From an uncultured delta proteobacterium (GTDB lineage Bacteria > Desulfobacterota > Binatia > UBA9968), in NCBI GenBank assembly GCA_963745035.1, contig CAVUVW010000008.1:25227-89226 (forward strand): a stretch of 64,000 nucleotides of DNA. The letters are read 5' to 3'. Position 1 is the first letter of the stretch, and every line of letters begins with the position of its first letter. Shown piece after piece: positions 28,292 through 37,915 of this stretch. The position numbers were made by a program, and so were the translations under genes. A model generated the notes under the pieces. It saw nothing but the letters and a program-made list of their open reading frames with translations, did not search any database and was not told the DNA's origin.

Positions 28292-29068
28292 ATGTTCGAG
28301 AAAAATCGACTCAAGCTTTTTGTATCGCCGGTCATTATTGTCGCGCTATTCTTTGCTTCGGGAAAAAGCGTGCGCGCCGATGATATCCTGGTCTCGGCGG
28401 CCGCGAGTCTCAGCGACGTTCTGCAAGAGATCAGCACGGCTTACCAGGCCAAGTCCAAGCACACGGTCAAATTCAATTTCGGCCCGTCCAGCGGCCTTGC
28501 CCGGCAGATCGACGAAGGCGCGCCGGCGGACATTTTCTTCTCGGCCGACCTGCCGCAGATGGATAATCTCGACAAGAAGAGCCGGCTCGAACCCGGGACG
28601 CGAAAAAACCTGTTATCGAACCAGTTGGTGATCATCGTGCCGGCGGACTCCAAGCTCACGATGTCCTCTCCCAAAGATTTACTGAAGGGCGACGTCAAGC
28701 GCATCGCCCTTGCCGAACCCTCCTCCGTGCCGGTCGGCGTTTACACGAGCAAATATCTGACGGACGAGGGAATGTGGGAGCAGGTCAAGCCGAAGATCGT
28801 GCCCGTCCAGGACGTGCGCGCCACCCTCGCATCGGTTGAGTCCGGCAATGTCGAAGCCGGTTTCGTCTACAAAACCGACGCCGCCGTTTCCAAGAAGGTG
28901 AAGATCGTCTACGAAGTCCCCATCGACAAAGGCCCCAAGATTACTTATCCCGTCGCGATCGTGAAAGACTCGAAGCGCAAAGAAGCAGCCCGGGACTTCC
29001 TGAATTATGTCCACGCTTCGGCGAGTAAGGAATTATTCAAGAAATACGGCTTCATCGTGATCGAGTGA
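28292..29068 (+). CDS. modA: Molybdate ABC substrate-binding protein
   Basis: SAAASL, FGPSSGLARQIDEGAPADIFFSA, VPVGVY, GFVYKTDA. Confidence 0.93.
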   Translation: MFEKNRLKLFVSPVIIVALFFASGKSVRADDILVSAAASLSDVLQEISTAYQAKSKHTVKFNFGPSSGLARQIDEGAPADIFFSADLPQMDNLDKKSRLEPGTRKNLLSNQLVIIVPADSKLTMSSPKDLLKGDVKRIALAEPSSVPVGVYTSKYLTDEGMWEQVKPKIVPVQDVRATLASVESGNVEAGFVYKTDAAVSKKVKIVYEVPIDKGPKITYPVAIVKDSKRKEAARDFLNYVHASASKELFKKYGFIVIE

Positions 29069-29122
29069 ACGCAAGGCACACTTCAAACGTGAAGCCTTAC
29101 TCCGCGGCCTACCGACCTCGAT

Positions 29123-29204
29123 TTCGTCACCCCCGAATGTTTTCGTCGGGAGTCCAGTTTCGGTCTCGCCTGGATTCCCGCTAAAAACATGCGGGAATGA
29201 CGAA
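29123..29204. repeat. REP/RPE-like palindrome (ATTCCCGC-N-GCGGGAAT type) between modA and modB
   Basis: TTCGTCACCCCCGA...TCGGGAGTCCAG...CTGGATTCCCGC...GCGGGAATGACGAA. Confidence 0.75.
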
Positions 29205-29255
29205 CGGAAAACCAATCATCATGCAGCAGGCAAGCGCCGCGTCAGAATCGAACCC

Positions 29256-29930
29256 ATGATGTTCTCCTTCGAGACCTGGCAAATCACGCTCTTTTCACTA
29301 TCAGTCGGCCTTGCCAGTACGCTGCTGATTCTACCGTTTGGCATCGCGCTGGCGTGGCTGTTTGCACGCAAGGAATGGCCGCTCAAGAGCGTCATCGAGA
29401 CCATCGTGCTTCTGCCGCTGGTCATGCCGCCGGTTTCGACCGGGCTGATTCTGCTCAAGATCTTCGGACGGCGGAGCCCGCTCGGCCAGTGGCTTTACGA
29501 GCGTGGCATCGAGATCGTCTTCAACTGGAAGGGCGTGCTCATCGCCATGTCGGTGATGTCCTTTCCATTGCTCGTCCGCTCGGTTAGGACGTCATTTGGG
29601 GACGTCAATCCGCGGCTGGAGCAGATCGCCGCCACTCTCGGCGCGTCGCCGCTGAGAATTTTCTTCGTCATCACAATTCCCCTCGCCTACAAAGGCATCG
29701 TCGCCGGCGCACTGCTGGCGTTTTCGCGCGCTCTCGGCGAATTCGGCGCGACCATTTTGTTGGCCGGCAATATCCCGGGCGAAACCCAGACTTTGTCGCT
29801 GGCGATTTATAACTTCGTGCAACTGGGCAAGGATCCCGAAGCCTACGTCCTGCTCGGCATAACAGTCGCGCTGGCGTTTCTGTTCGTGTGGTCGTCGGAA
29901 TGGCTGCTGCGCTCGGAAAAGAAGACGTGA
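29256..29930 (+). CDS. modB: Molybdate ABC permease
   Basis: LPLVMPPV, FPLLVR, FSRALGEFGATI, GNIPG. Confidence 0.93.
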   Translation: MMFSFETWQITLFSLSVGLASTLLILPFGIALAWLFARKEWPLKSVIETIVLLPLVMPPVSTGLILLKIFGRRSPLGQWLYERGIEIVFNWKGVLIAMSVMSFPLLVRSVRTSFGDVNPRLEQIAATLGASPLRIFFVITIPLAYKGIVAGALLAFSRALGEFGATILLAGNIPGETQTLSLAIYNFVQLGKDPEAYVLLGITVALAFLFVWSSEWLLRSEKKT

Positions 29931-29931
29931 A

Positions 29932-31003
29932 ATGAAGCTCCGCTGCCGCATACCGCTGGCGAATTTCGAGCTCGATGTCGACGCCGCTTTCGAATCGCGC
30001 GTCACCGCGATATTTGGGCCGTCGGGTTCCGGCAAAACGACATTGCTGGATGCCATCGCCGGGTTGCGCACGGTCGCCGATGGCGAGATCGAGATCAGCG
30101 GCAAAACACTCTTCTCTTCGGAGCGTAAAATCAATCTGCCGCCGCGACAGCGGGGCGTCGGCTACGTGCCGCAGGAAGGCGCGCTCTTCCCGCATCTTTC
30201 CGTGCAACGAAATATTTTATTCGGCGCCGAGCGCGCGGGCCATGCCGGTTCGAGCAACATCAACATGGAGCATGTCCTCCACGTGTTGGAAATCGGCCAT
30301 CTCCTTCCCCGGTACCGTCACCAAAATCTCCGGTGGCGAGGCCCAGCGCGTCGCCTTGGCGCGCGCAATCCTGTCGCGCCCACAGCTCCTCCTGCTGGAT
30401 GAACCTTTGGCGGCCCTCGATGTCGGGCTCAAGGAAAGAATTTTGCCGTACCTCGCCAGGGTGCGCGATGAATTCGCGATCCCGATGATGTACGTGACCC
30501 ACAATCTGACGGAAGTTTTAACCCTGGCCGACTGGGTGTTGATGATTCAACAAGGCAGATTGGCTGCGCAAGGACCGCCGAAAGAACTGCTTGGCTCGCG
30601 CCAAGCGGCGATCCGGCTCGCCGCCGAACCGCTGGATAACATCTTCACCGCGATGTTTATCGAATCCGATAAAGAAGCGGGCCGAAGCCGGGTTCGGCTT
30701 TCGTCGGGGACGGAAATCTTTATCCCCTACTTGGTCGCGCCCGCCGGTGCGCCGCTGCAGATCCGCATCAGCGCCGAGGATATCCTCGTCGGAACGAAGC
30801 AGCCCGAGGGGATTTCGGCGGGCAACATTTTTCCGGGGACCATCCGGGCTCTCGAGTTTTTGGACGGCCAAGCTCTGCTTACCGTGCATACCGGTGAAGA
30901 GTTTTATGTGCGCCTCACCTCGGGAGCGGCCGCGCGTCTCGGTCTCGCGGTCGGAGCCGACGTCTTTCTCATCATAAAAACCCGCTCGTTCGCGGTTCTG
31001 TAA
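29932..31003 (+). CDS. modC: Molybdate ABC ATPase with TOBE domains (frameshift ~30305-30315)
   Basis: GPSGSGKT, VPQE, ISGGEAQR, LLLLDEP, YVTH, ISAGN; split over ORFs 29932..30402 and 29975..31003. Confidence 0.88.
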
Positions 31004-31246
31004 ATCAGCTCTCACCGATCGTTGAGAGTTCCCCAAGACCACGCGAATGTCATATCGAAAGAACCCGGATTTCCGCTGGGCTCCCAATGCATTTTTCAGC
31101 ATCTGTGGCGAGCGTAAGCTCACTTCGTGGTCCATACTTCTTCTTGCCGCCTCTGTCCGCGGGAAGGTCACGGTAACGCGGCTTCGTGATTTTTAGGCGC
31201 AGCTTATGAGACACGAGACTTGCCGACGGCAACTGAGAGCCGGCAG

Positions 31247-31885
31247 CTATCTGCCAACACGCTCGCATCTCATTCCTGCTCCGTCTTCAGAATCGCCAAA
31301 AAGAACGCAGCGAAAGACTTCGCCGTCGGCCGCCCTCACCGTGGAAAACCCGCCCATGTCGGTAACCGTGAATGGGCCCACTTTGGTCGACGGCGACTCC
31401 ACTGCGCGCGCGCCGCCGTTGGATGAAAAGCCGTCGAGCGCCATACTGATGAGACCGCGGGTGGCGGCCTCTTCCACGCGAGGCTCGGGCTCGCTCTGAA
31501 ACGGCAGGGCCGCGAGTTGCGCTCGAATCACCGGCTTCAACGCGGCGATTTCGTCGTTCATTTGCCCCAGCTCTTCGGTCATCTCTTTCATACGCTCCGG
31601 TCGCACCGAGGTTTGGCGCATGGTGGCGATAAACTCTCTCTTTCGGATATCGAGATCGATCAGCCGGTAAAATTCCGCCGAACCGCCCACCGTCGCCGTG
31701 ACGATGGCCTTTAGACTTCCACCCGCGCGCTGGCGTTCCGGCCAGCGCGCCATTGATGAACCGAATTGCTGCATATCGCCCTGATACTGGGTCAGCCCGG
31801 CCAAAAGCGTCGCGCCGGGAGTGAAGGTCGCAATGGAGCAGCCCGAGAACGCGATGACGACGCAAAGCCATAAAAGACGAATCAT
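31247..31885 (-). CDS. Hypothetical lipoprotein
   Basis: MIRLLWLCVVIAFSGC lipobox-like N-terminus, coiled-coil middle, open frame to 31247. Confidence 0.6.
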   Translation of the reverse strand: MIRLLWLCVVIAFSGCSIATFTPGATLLAGLTQYQGDMQQFGSSMARWPERQRAGGSLKAIVTATVGGSAEFYRLIDLDIRKREFIATMRQTSVRPERMKEMTEELGQMNDEIAALKPVIRAQLAALPFQSEPEPRVEEAATRGLISMALDGFSSNGGARAVESPSTKVGPFTVTDMGGFSTVRAADGEVFRCVLFGDSEDGAGMRCERVGR

Positions 31886-32036
31886 AATTGGGGTAAAAAT
31901 AGCACATCTCGGAATCGCCCAGAAGAAAATTTCCGCTTCGACCAGGATGCGGCGGTTGAGAACATGCGCATGTTGCGCCATAAAGAGGCTGCCCATGAGT
32001 CCGAGCTCATGCAAAAATGAGGAAGGAAACATTTCC

Positions 32037-33002
32037 ATGCTGAAAACTCTCACCGCGGCGGCTCTGCTGGTTTTTGCCGCCCTGTCCGGCCGGCCCGCTG
32101 CGGCGCTCGATACGCTTTCTGTCGCGCTCACATCCAAGGCCTTTCAATACGTCCCGCTCGTCATTGCTCAAGATCGCGGCTATATGAAGGAGGAAGGGCT
32201 GGATCTCAAATTTGTCTTCATGCAAAACGCCCCCGGCCTCCAGGCGCTGATCGCCAATCAAGTGCAGTTTTCCGGCTCCGGCAGCAGCGCGCTGGTAGCG
32301 ATCTCGAAAGGCAAAGCGCCGCTCAAAACCGTGCTCGCCTTCAACGATCAGGTGCTGCAATGGATCGTCTCTCGCCCCAACATCACGCGCTTGCGGGATA
32401 TCTCCGGAAAAAAAGTCGCCACCACTGGCGTCGCCTCGATCGCGGCTTACATGTTCCGAAATATTTTGGCCAAGCATAACATTCCCAAGGACATCGTGTT
32501 GATCGATCCGGGACCGGTGAATCGCTTGCCGGCTTTGTTGTCCGGCGCCGTGGACGCCGCCATCGTCAGCCCCGAAGAACGCTACACGGCGCTCGATCAA
32601 GGCATGAAAGATCTCGTTTTCATCGGCAACGAGGTAAAGAATTCCTGGGGCACGTTCGCAACATCGGATCGCTTCATCAAAGAGCAGCCCAAGGCGATGG
32701 CCGGCTTTGCCCGCGCCGTGCTCAAGGGCCTGCGCGTGGCGCGCCAGGAACGGGAAGGCACGATCGCCGCGATCGCCAGGTTCAGCGAAATCGACCGCAC
32801 GCTGGCGACCCGCATGTACGACGATCTGGTCGGCACCTTCACGAAATCGGGATACGTCGATGAGGAGACCCAGAGAAACGACCTGGCCATCGTCCGCCTG
32901 GTCGCGGAAGTGAACGAAGTGGTGCCGCCGCAGCGTGCCTACGACTTCAGTTTCGCCCGTCAGGCCGAGCAGCAGTTAATCAAGCAGAATTGGAAACCGT
33001 AA
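32037..33002 (+). CDS. ABC substrate-binding protein, SsuA/NMT1-like
   Basis: Signal peptide, IAQDRGYMKEEGLD, ALLSGAVDAA, YDFS. Confidence 0.85.
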   Translation: MLKTLTAAALLVFAALSGRPAAALDTLSVALTSKAFQYVPLVIAQDRGYMKEEGLDLKFVFMQNAPGLQALIANQVQFSGSGSSALVAISKGKAPLKTVLAFNDQVLQWIVSRPNITRLRDISGKKVATTGVASIAAYMFRNILAKHNIPKDIVLIDPGPVNRLPALLSGAVDAAIVSPEERYTALDQGMKDLVFIGNEVKNSWGTFATSDRFIKEQPKAMAGFARAVLKGLRVARQEREGTIAAIARFSEIDRTLATRMYDDLVGTFTKSGYVDEETQRNDLAIVRLVAEVNEVVPPQRAYDFSFARQAEQQLIKQNWKP

Positions 33003-33048
33003 CGTCACGGAATGCGCCAAGCGGACGCCTCGTAGCCGCGAAATTTTC

Positions 33049-33078
33049 TTGACAGCCGAAATCGCGAGCCTCTACACT
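33049..33078 (+). promoter_or_regulatory. Sigma70-like promoter of the caspase gene
   Basis: TTGACA (33049-54), 18-nt spacer, TACACT (33073-78). Confidence 0.5.
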
Positions 33079-33110
33079 CCTGCCCAAGGCTGCTTAAACG
33101 GGAGGCTTGT

Positions 33111-33923
33111 ATGGCCAAGGGAATTTCGCTCCACATCGGATTGAATTTCGTCGACCCCAAACATTATCAAGGCTGGGACGGGCAATTGAACGCCTGCATC
33201 GCCGACGCCAAGGACATGCGCGCCTTGGCAAAGAAAAAGGGCTTCACCGGCAATACCATGCTTCTCGACGGACAAGCGACGGCCGCCGCCGTCACCGCCG
33301 CGATTCTGGACGCGTCGAAAAAATTATCCAAAGGCGACATCTTCTTTCTCACCTACTCCGGCCACGGCGGCCAAGTCCACGACACCAACGGCGACGAGAA
33401 GGATAAAGGCCGCATGGATGAAACCTGGGTGTTGTTTGACCGCCAGCTGGTGGACGATGAACTTTATAATCTGTGGAGAAAGTTCAAGTCCGGCGTGCGC
33501 ATCTTGGCGCTCTCCGATAGCTGCCACAGCGGCACAGTGACGCGCGACATTCCAGTGTTCCTCGGCGGCGGCCCACGCCCGCGGGCGATGCCGCGCCCGG
33601 TCGGCATCGCGGTGGAGAATGCCAACAAGGCGCTCTACCGCAGCATTCAGAAAAACAATCCCGGCGCGGAGAAGGCCAAGGTGAACGCCAGCATTCTCTT
33701 GATCTCGGGATGCATGGATAATCAAACTTCCATGGACGGCGACGATAACGGCGCGTTTACCGGCATGCTCAAAAAAGTCTGGAACGGCGGCAAGTTTACC
33801 GGCAACTACCGTAAGCTGCGCGATAAGATCGTCGCCGCCATGCCCTCGACACAGACGCCGAACTACTACTGCGTGGGCGCTGCAAATGCGAAGTTCGAAG
33901 GGCAGAAGCCGTTTAGTATTTGA
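33111..33923 (+). CDS. Caspase family (peptidase C14, metacaspase-like) protein
   Basis: YSGHGGQ and SDSCHSGT catalytic His/Cys; SGC.DNQTS.DG..NGAFT. Confidence 0.92.
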   Translation: MAKGISLHIGLNFVDPKHYQGWDGQLNACIADAKDMRALAKKKGFTGNTMLLDGQATAAAVTAAILDASKKLSKGDIFFLTYSGHGGQVHDTNGDEKDKGRMDETWVLFDRQLVDDELYNLWRKFKSGVRILALSDSCHSGTVTRDIPVFLGGGPRPRAMPRPVGIAVENANKALYRSIQKNNPGAEKAKVNASILLISGCMDNQTSMDGDDNGAFTGMLKKVWNGGKFTGNYRKLRDKIVAAMPSTQTPNYYCVGAANAKFEGQKPFSI

Positions 33924-34286
33924 AAGACCGCTACCCAAGGCACCGAACTAGCTCCCCACCGTGAGTGTTAGTACTCACTCCTGCAACTTTCGGATACACG
34001 ACCTGTAAACGAGGGTTGCGCGGCTCGATCAGTATCCGAGGAAGTTTTGGCTGGCGTCCAGCGATGATCCGAGTTCAGCTTTATCGTCCTGCACACGACA
34101 TGCGGTCGACAAATATAGGAAAACTTTAGTCCAGTGTCGGAGAAATTATGTGTTGGACCGCCCGTTACCGAGTTTTTAGGGTCCGCGGACGACTCCTATC
34201 GAGGTCCACACGGGCGTCCTAGAAATCGGGAATGATAAATGCACAGCAAAGATTTGACGAGATCTTAGTCCAAGGAGGAATGGCTT

Positions 34287-35435
34287 ATGGTTCGCATCGC
34301 GTCGTTCAATGTGGAAAACCTCTTCGCGCGGCCAAACGCATTCAATACCGCCGATTGGTCTTTGGGCGAACCGATATTGGACGCCTACCAAAAAGTGAAT
34401 GCTCTGTTTGCACACGACCCCTACAGCGCTGCTGACAAAGAGGAAATCATCGACCTCCTTGTTCGGCTGGATATCTACACCGTAAATAGCCACGGAGCCA
34501 TCCGGCGCAAGGAAACCTTATCGCCACGCTGGGCGTGGCTGAGAAAAAATCGCGGTAAATTTGACCGCGAACCCAATGATCCGACGCAAAGCGTCGAGAT
34601 TATTGCCACCGGCCGTTCAGACTGGATTGGCTGGGTCGAGCTGGCTACGGAGCCCGTCAATGAGACCAGCACAAGGATGACTGCACGGGTCATCGGCGAC
34701 GTTGGCGCCGATATTATCGGGATTGTAGAAGCCGAGGACCGGCCATCGCTCGTCCGGTTCAACACCGAACTGCTTGGGGGACAGTATCGCCATGCCATGT
34801 TGGTGGATGGCAATGATGATCGTGGCATCGATGTCGGCATCATGACCCGTAATAATTTCGCCATTGAGTCAATTCGTTCCAATGTCGACACCGAAGATGC
34901 AATTGGCACTATTTTCAGCCGGGATTGCCCACAGTATGAGATCCGCACACCGAATGGCACGGTGCTCCATTTGCTGGTCAATCACTTCAAGTCCCAGTCT
35001 GGAGGTGGTGGTGCTAAACGTAAACGTCAAGCGGCTGAAGTGCGGAAAATCGTCAACGGTCTGGTTGCCCAGGGCCAACATGTCGTCGTGCTTGGCGACC
35101 TCAATGAGGGACCGGATACCGTCGGCAGCCAAGCCGAAAATTTGCAGGATCTATTCAACAATAACAGTCCGCTGGTTGACTGCTACTCGCTCTCATCTTT
35201 CCAAGTCGGCAACCGGCCTGGCAGCTTCGACTCGTGTGGGTTACACAACCGTCTCGACTACATACTGATCTCTAATAGCTTGCTCTCTAGTTTCAGCGGC
35301 GGAGGTGTGTTTCGCGAAGGCCTGTGGGGTAGTCGTGTGACCCGCCCGACCGCCTGGAGCACATACCCGGAGATAACGCAATCATCCGAGGGGGCTTCCG
35401 ATCACGCGGCTTTGTTTGTCGATCTGAACATTTAA
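34287..35435 (+). CDS. Endonuclease/exonuclease/phosphatase (EEP) family protein
   Basis: IASFNVENLF, GNDDRGIDV, NHFKS, LGDLN, RLDYIL, SDHA. Confidence 0.9.
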   Translation: MVRIASFNVENLFARPNAFNTADWSLGEPILDAYQKVNALFAHDPYSAADKEEIIDLLVRLDIYTVNSHGAIRRKETLSPRWAWLRKNRGKFDREPNDPTQSVEIIATGRSDWIGWVELATEPVNETSTRMTARVIGDVGADIIGIVEAEDRPSLVRFNTELLGGQYRHAMLVDGNDDRGIDVGIMTRNNFAIESIRSNVDTEDAIGTIFSRDCPQYEIRTPNGTVLHLLVNHFKSQSGGGGAKRKRQAAEVRKIVNGLVAQGQHVVVLGDLNEGPDTVGSQAENLQDLFNNNSPLVDCYSLSSFQVGNRPGSFDSCGLHNRLDYILISNSLLSSFSGGGVFREGLWGSRVTRPTAWSTYPEITQSSEGASDHAALFVDLNI

Positions 35436-35600
35436 CGGCGGATAATGCTAAAGAAGACAGGTAAAGTAGAGAACAGGCAAAAATTGCTCGGTGGACCTGT
35501 CTGCATCCACACGCAACCCGGCTCCGCACGGCATCAGTTGTCCTTGACTCCCACCTCCACCTGTCGGAGAATCCAACACAATCGACGAACGGAGAACTAA

Positions 35601-36576
35601 ATGATCACATCCAACGATTTGACAGGCATCATGGCGATGATGCCGGCGTTTACGACTAAGGACGGCGATCGGATCGATGCGACGGATACGGTGGATACCG
35701 AGGAGCTGGCGCGCGCGGTCGACAAGTTGATTCGCGACGGCGGCGTCGATGTTTTGACGACCACCGGGAGTTTCGGCGAGTTTCATACCCTGCTCTGGGA
35801 CGAGCACAAGAAATTGATCGAGGCGACGGTGGCGGCGGTGAAGAAGCGGGTTCCAGTGCTCATCGGCTGCACGAACTTGAATCCGCGCGAGGCGATCCGC
35901 CAGGCGAAGTTTGCCCAGGAAGCCGGCGCCGACGGTTTGTTGCTCGGCGTGCCCTTCTACTATGCGGCGACCGTCGATAACGCAGTGCAGTTCTACCACG
36001 ACGTCGCCGAAGCGCTGCCGAAGATGGGCGTGATGATCTATCACAACCCGACCCATCATCGAGTGACGATTCCGGTGAGCGCGTTCAAGAAAATCACCGA
36101 AAAGCCGAACATCGTCGGCATGAAAGATTCGCACCGCACGCCGCTGCAGTTCGTCGAGCTGTGTGCGATCACCAAAGGCAAGATGAGCGTCTTCGTCAAT
36201 CAGAACCAGATGTTTCCTTACTATCAGCTCGGCGCCGCGGGCTGCTGGTCGTTCAACGTCTGGATGGGACCGTCGCCGGTTGCGACCTTGCGCGATGCCT
36301 GCGTGGCGCAGGATTGGGAGACGGCGAAGCGAATTTGCTTGGACTTGGAAGCGACCAACAGAGTCGGGCCCGAATATCGGCAACCTCTCCTGGCGCGAGA
36401 ATGTATTCAAATTGTCGACCAACGAGGCCGGCTATTGCACCGCCGGTCCGCTGCGCGCGCCCTGGCGCATCGTGCCTCAGGAAGTCACGGACAACAGCAA
36501 AAAAATCGCGGCGTATTGGAAGACCCTGTGCGAGAAATATCCGCTGGGCAAAGAGCAGATTAGAAAAACTGCGTAG
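35601..36576 (+). CDS. DHDPS/NAL-family aldolase, NahE/PhdJ hydratase-aldolase-like (frameshift ~36370)
   Basis: TTGSFGEFHTL, MIYHNP, VGMKDS (Schiff-base Lys), GPLRAPW in the downstream frame. Confidence 0.8.
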
Positions 36577-36613
36577 CGTATTCGTTCAAGGGTTCAAAGG
36601 TTCAAGGTCAGAC

Positions 36614-36651
36614 ACGAAGCCCCTCGGCAAATCCGAGGGGCTTCGTTTTTT
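36614..36651 (+). terminator. Rho-independent terminator
   Basis: ACGAAGCCCCTCGG-CAAAT-CCGAGGGGCTTCGT then T-run; preceded by 3x GTTCAA (36584-36605). Confidence 0.8.
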
Positions 36652-36754
36652 GGCGCCGCAGGTAACGCAAATCGACCTGGCGTGTGCTGGACCTTCGCCT
36701 CGATTTGAGTGTAAAAGAAAGCATTGCAGGCAAACCCAAGCTAGGGGAGAAATC

Positions 36755-37849
36755 ATGAGCACAGCGACGCAGCAAAAAATCATCGACGGCGACGGCCATG
36801 TGGTCGAAGACATCGCGAGCATCGTCAAGTACATGCCGGAAGAGTACATCGGCAGGAGCTTTTCCGAAGCGCGCGGCAAAAACCCGTTTCCGCCCATCGA
36901 CCACTTGCACTCGGCAAACCGCCACTTCACGCCCAAGGGCGCCTTCGCCAACGTCGGGCGCGAAGGCTGGGAATTGTTTCTCGAAGATGTCGGCATCGGC
37001 ACCACCGTGCTCTACACCAGCGCCGGCCTCGCCTTTGGCAAAATCGTCAGCCGCGATTGGGCCATCGAGCTAGCGCGCGCCTACAATAATTGGATGCACG
37101 ACACCTATACGTCGAAAAGTCCGCGCTTCAAAGCCATGGGCCTGATCCCGCTCCAGGAGCCGGCGGAAGCGGTCATCGAGCTGCGCCGCATCGTACGCGA
37201 CCTCGGCTTTTCCGGCGCCATGCTGCCGTCGATGGGCGTCAACATGCCGCACCTGGGCTCGCAGAAATATTGGCCGATCTATGGCGAAGCCGAGCGCTTG
37301 GGCTGCGCCATCGCGATTCACGGCGGCGCCCACGAAAATCTTTTGATGGACGACACCAGCCCCTACGCCATCGCCAATGCTCTCGGCCATCCGATGAGCC
37401 AGATGATCGGCTTCGCCGGCATCATCTTCAACGGCATCTTCGATAAATTCCCCGGCTTGCGCATCGGCTTCATGGAAGCGGGCTGCGCCTGGCTGCTCAC
37501 CTGCATGGAGCGCTTCACCGGCTCCTGGGCGAGCCACGTGCAATACGATCCGCGCAATCGATTCCTGCAGCTCAAGAAAGGCGAAAAGATCATCGACTAT
37601 ATTCTACGCCACATCGACGACGGCCGGATCTTCGTCGGCTGCGAAGGCGAGGAGCTCAGCATCTCCGAAGCGGTCAGCATTACCGGGAATAAGCCCTACG
37701 TGTTTTCGACCGACTATCCGCACGAGGTCGACGCACAAACCTGCAAGCACGAGTTGGAAGAGCTGCGCGAAAATACCCAACTCAGCACCGCGGACAAGGA
37801 CGCGATCCTGTTCGGCAACTCGCAGCGGTTTTATCAGTTGGTCCAGTGA
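36755..37849 (+). CDS. Amidohydrolase_2 family protein
   Basis: IDGDGHVVE, RAYNNW, IH, FMEAG, FSTDYPH. Confidence 0.9.
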   Translation: MSTATQQKIIDGDGHVVEDIASIVKYMPEEYIGRSFSEARGKNPFPPIDHLHSANRHFTPKGAFANVGREGWELFLEDVGIGTTVLYTSAGLAFGKIVSRDWAIELARAYNNWMHDTYTSKSPRFKAMGLIPLQEPAEAVIELRRIVRDLGFSGAMLPSMGVNMPHLGSQKYWPIYGEAERLGCAIAIHGGAHENLLMDDTSPYAIANALGHPMSQMIGFAGIIFNGIFDKFPGLRIGFMEAGCAWLLTCMERFTGSWASHVQYDPRNRFLQLKKGEKIIDYILRHIDDGRIFVGCEGEELSISEAVSITGNKPYVFSTDYPHEVDAQTCKHELEELRENTQLSTADKDAILFGNSQRFYQLVQ

Positions 37850-37852
37850 ATC

Positions 37853-37881
37853 GTAGGGGCGGGTTTGAAACCCGCCCCTAC
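37853..37881. repeat. GTAG-type REP-like palindrome
   Basis: GTAGGGGCGGGTTTGAAACCCGCCCCTAC. Confidence 0.75.
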
Positions 37882-37915
37882 ATCGTGACAGTACAATTAG
37901 CATGAGGATCTGAAC

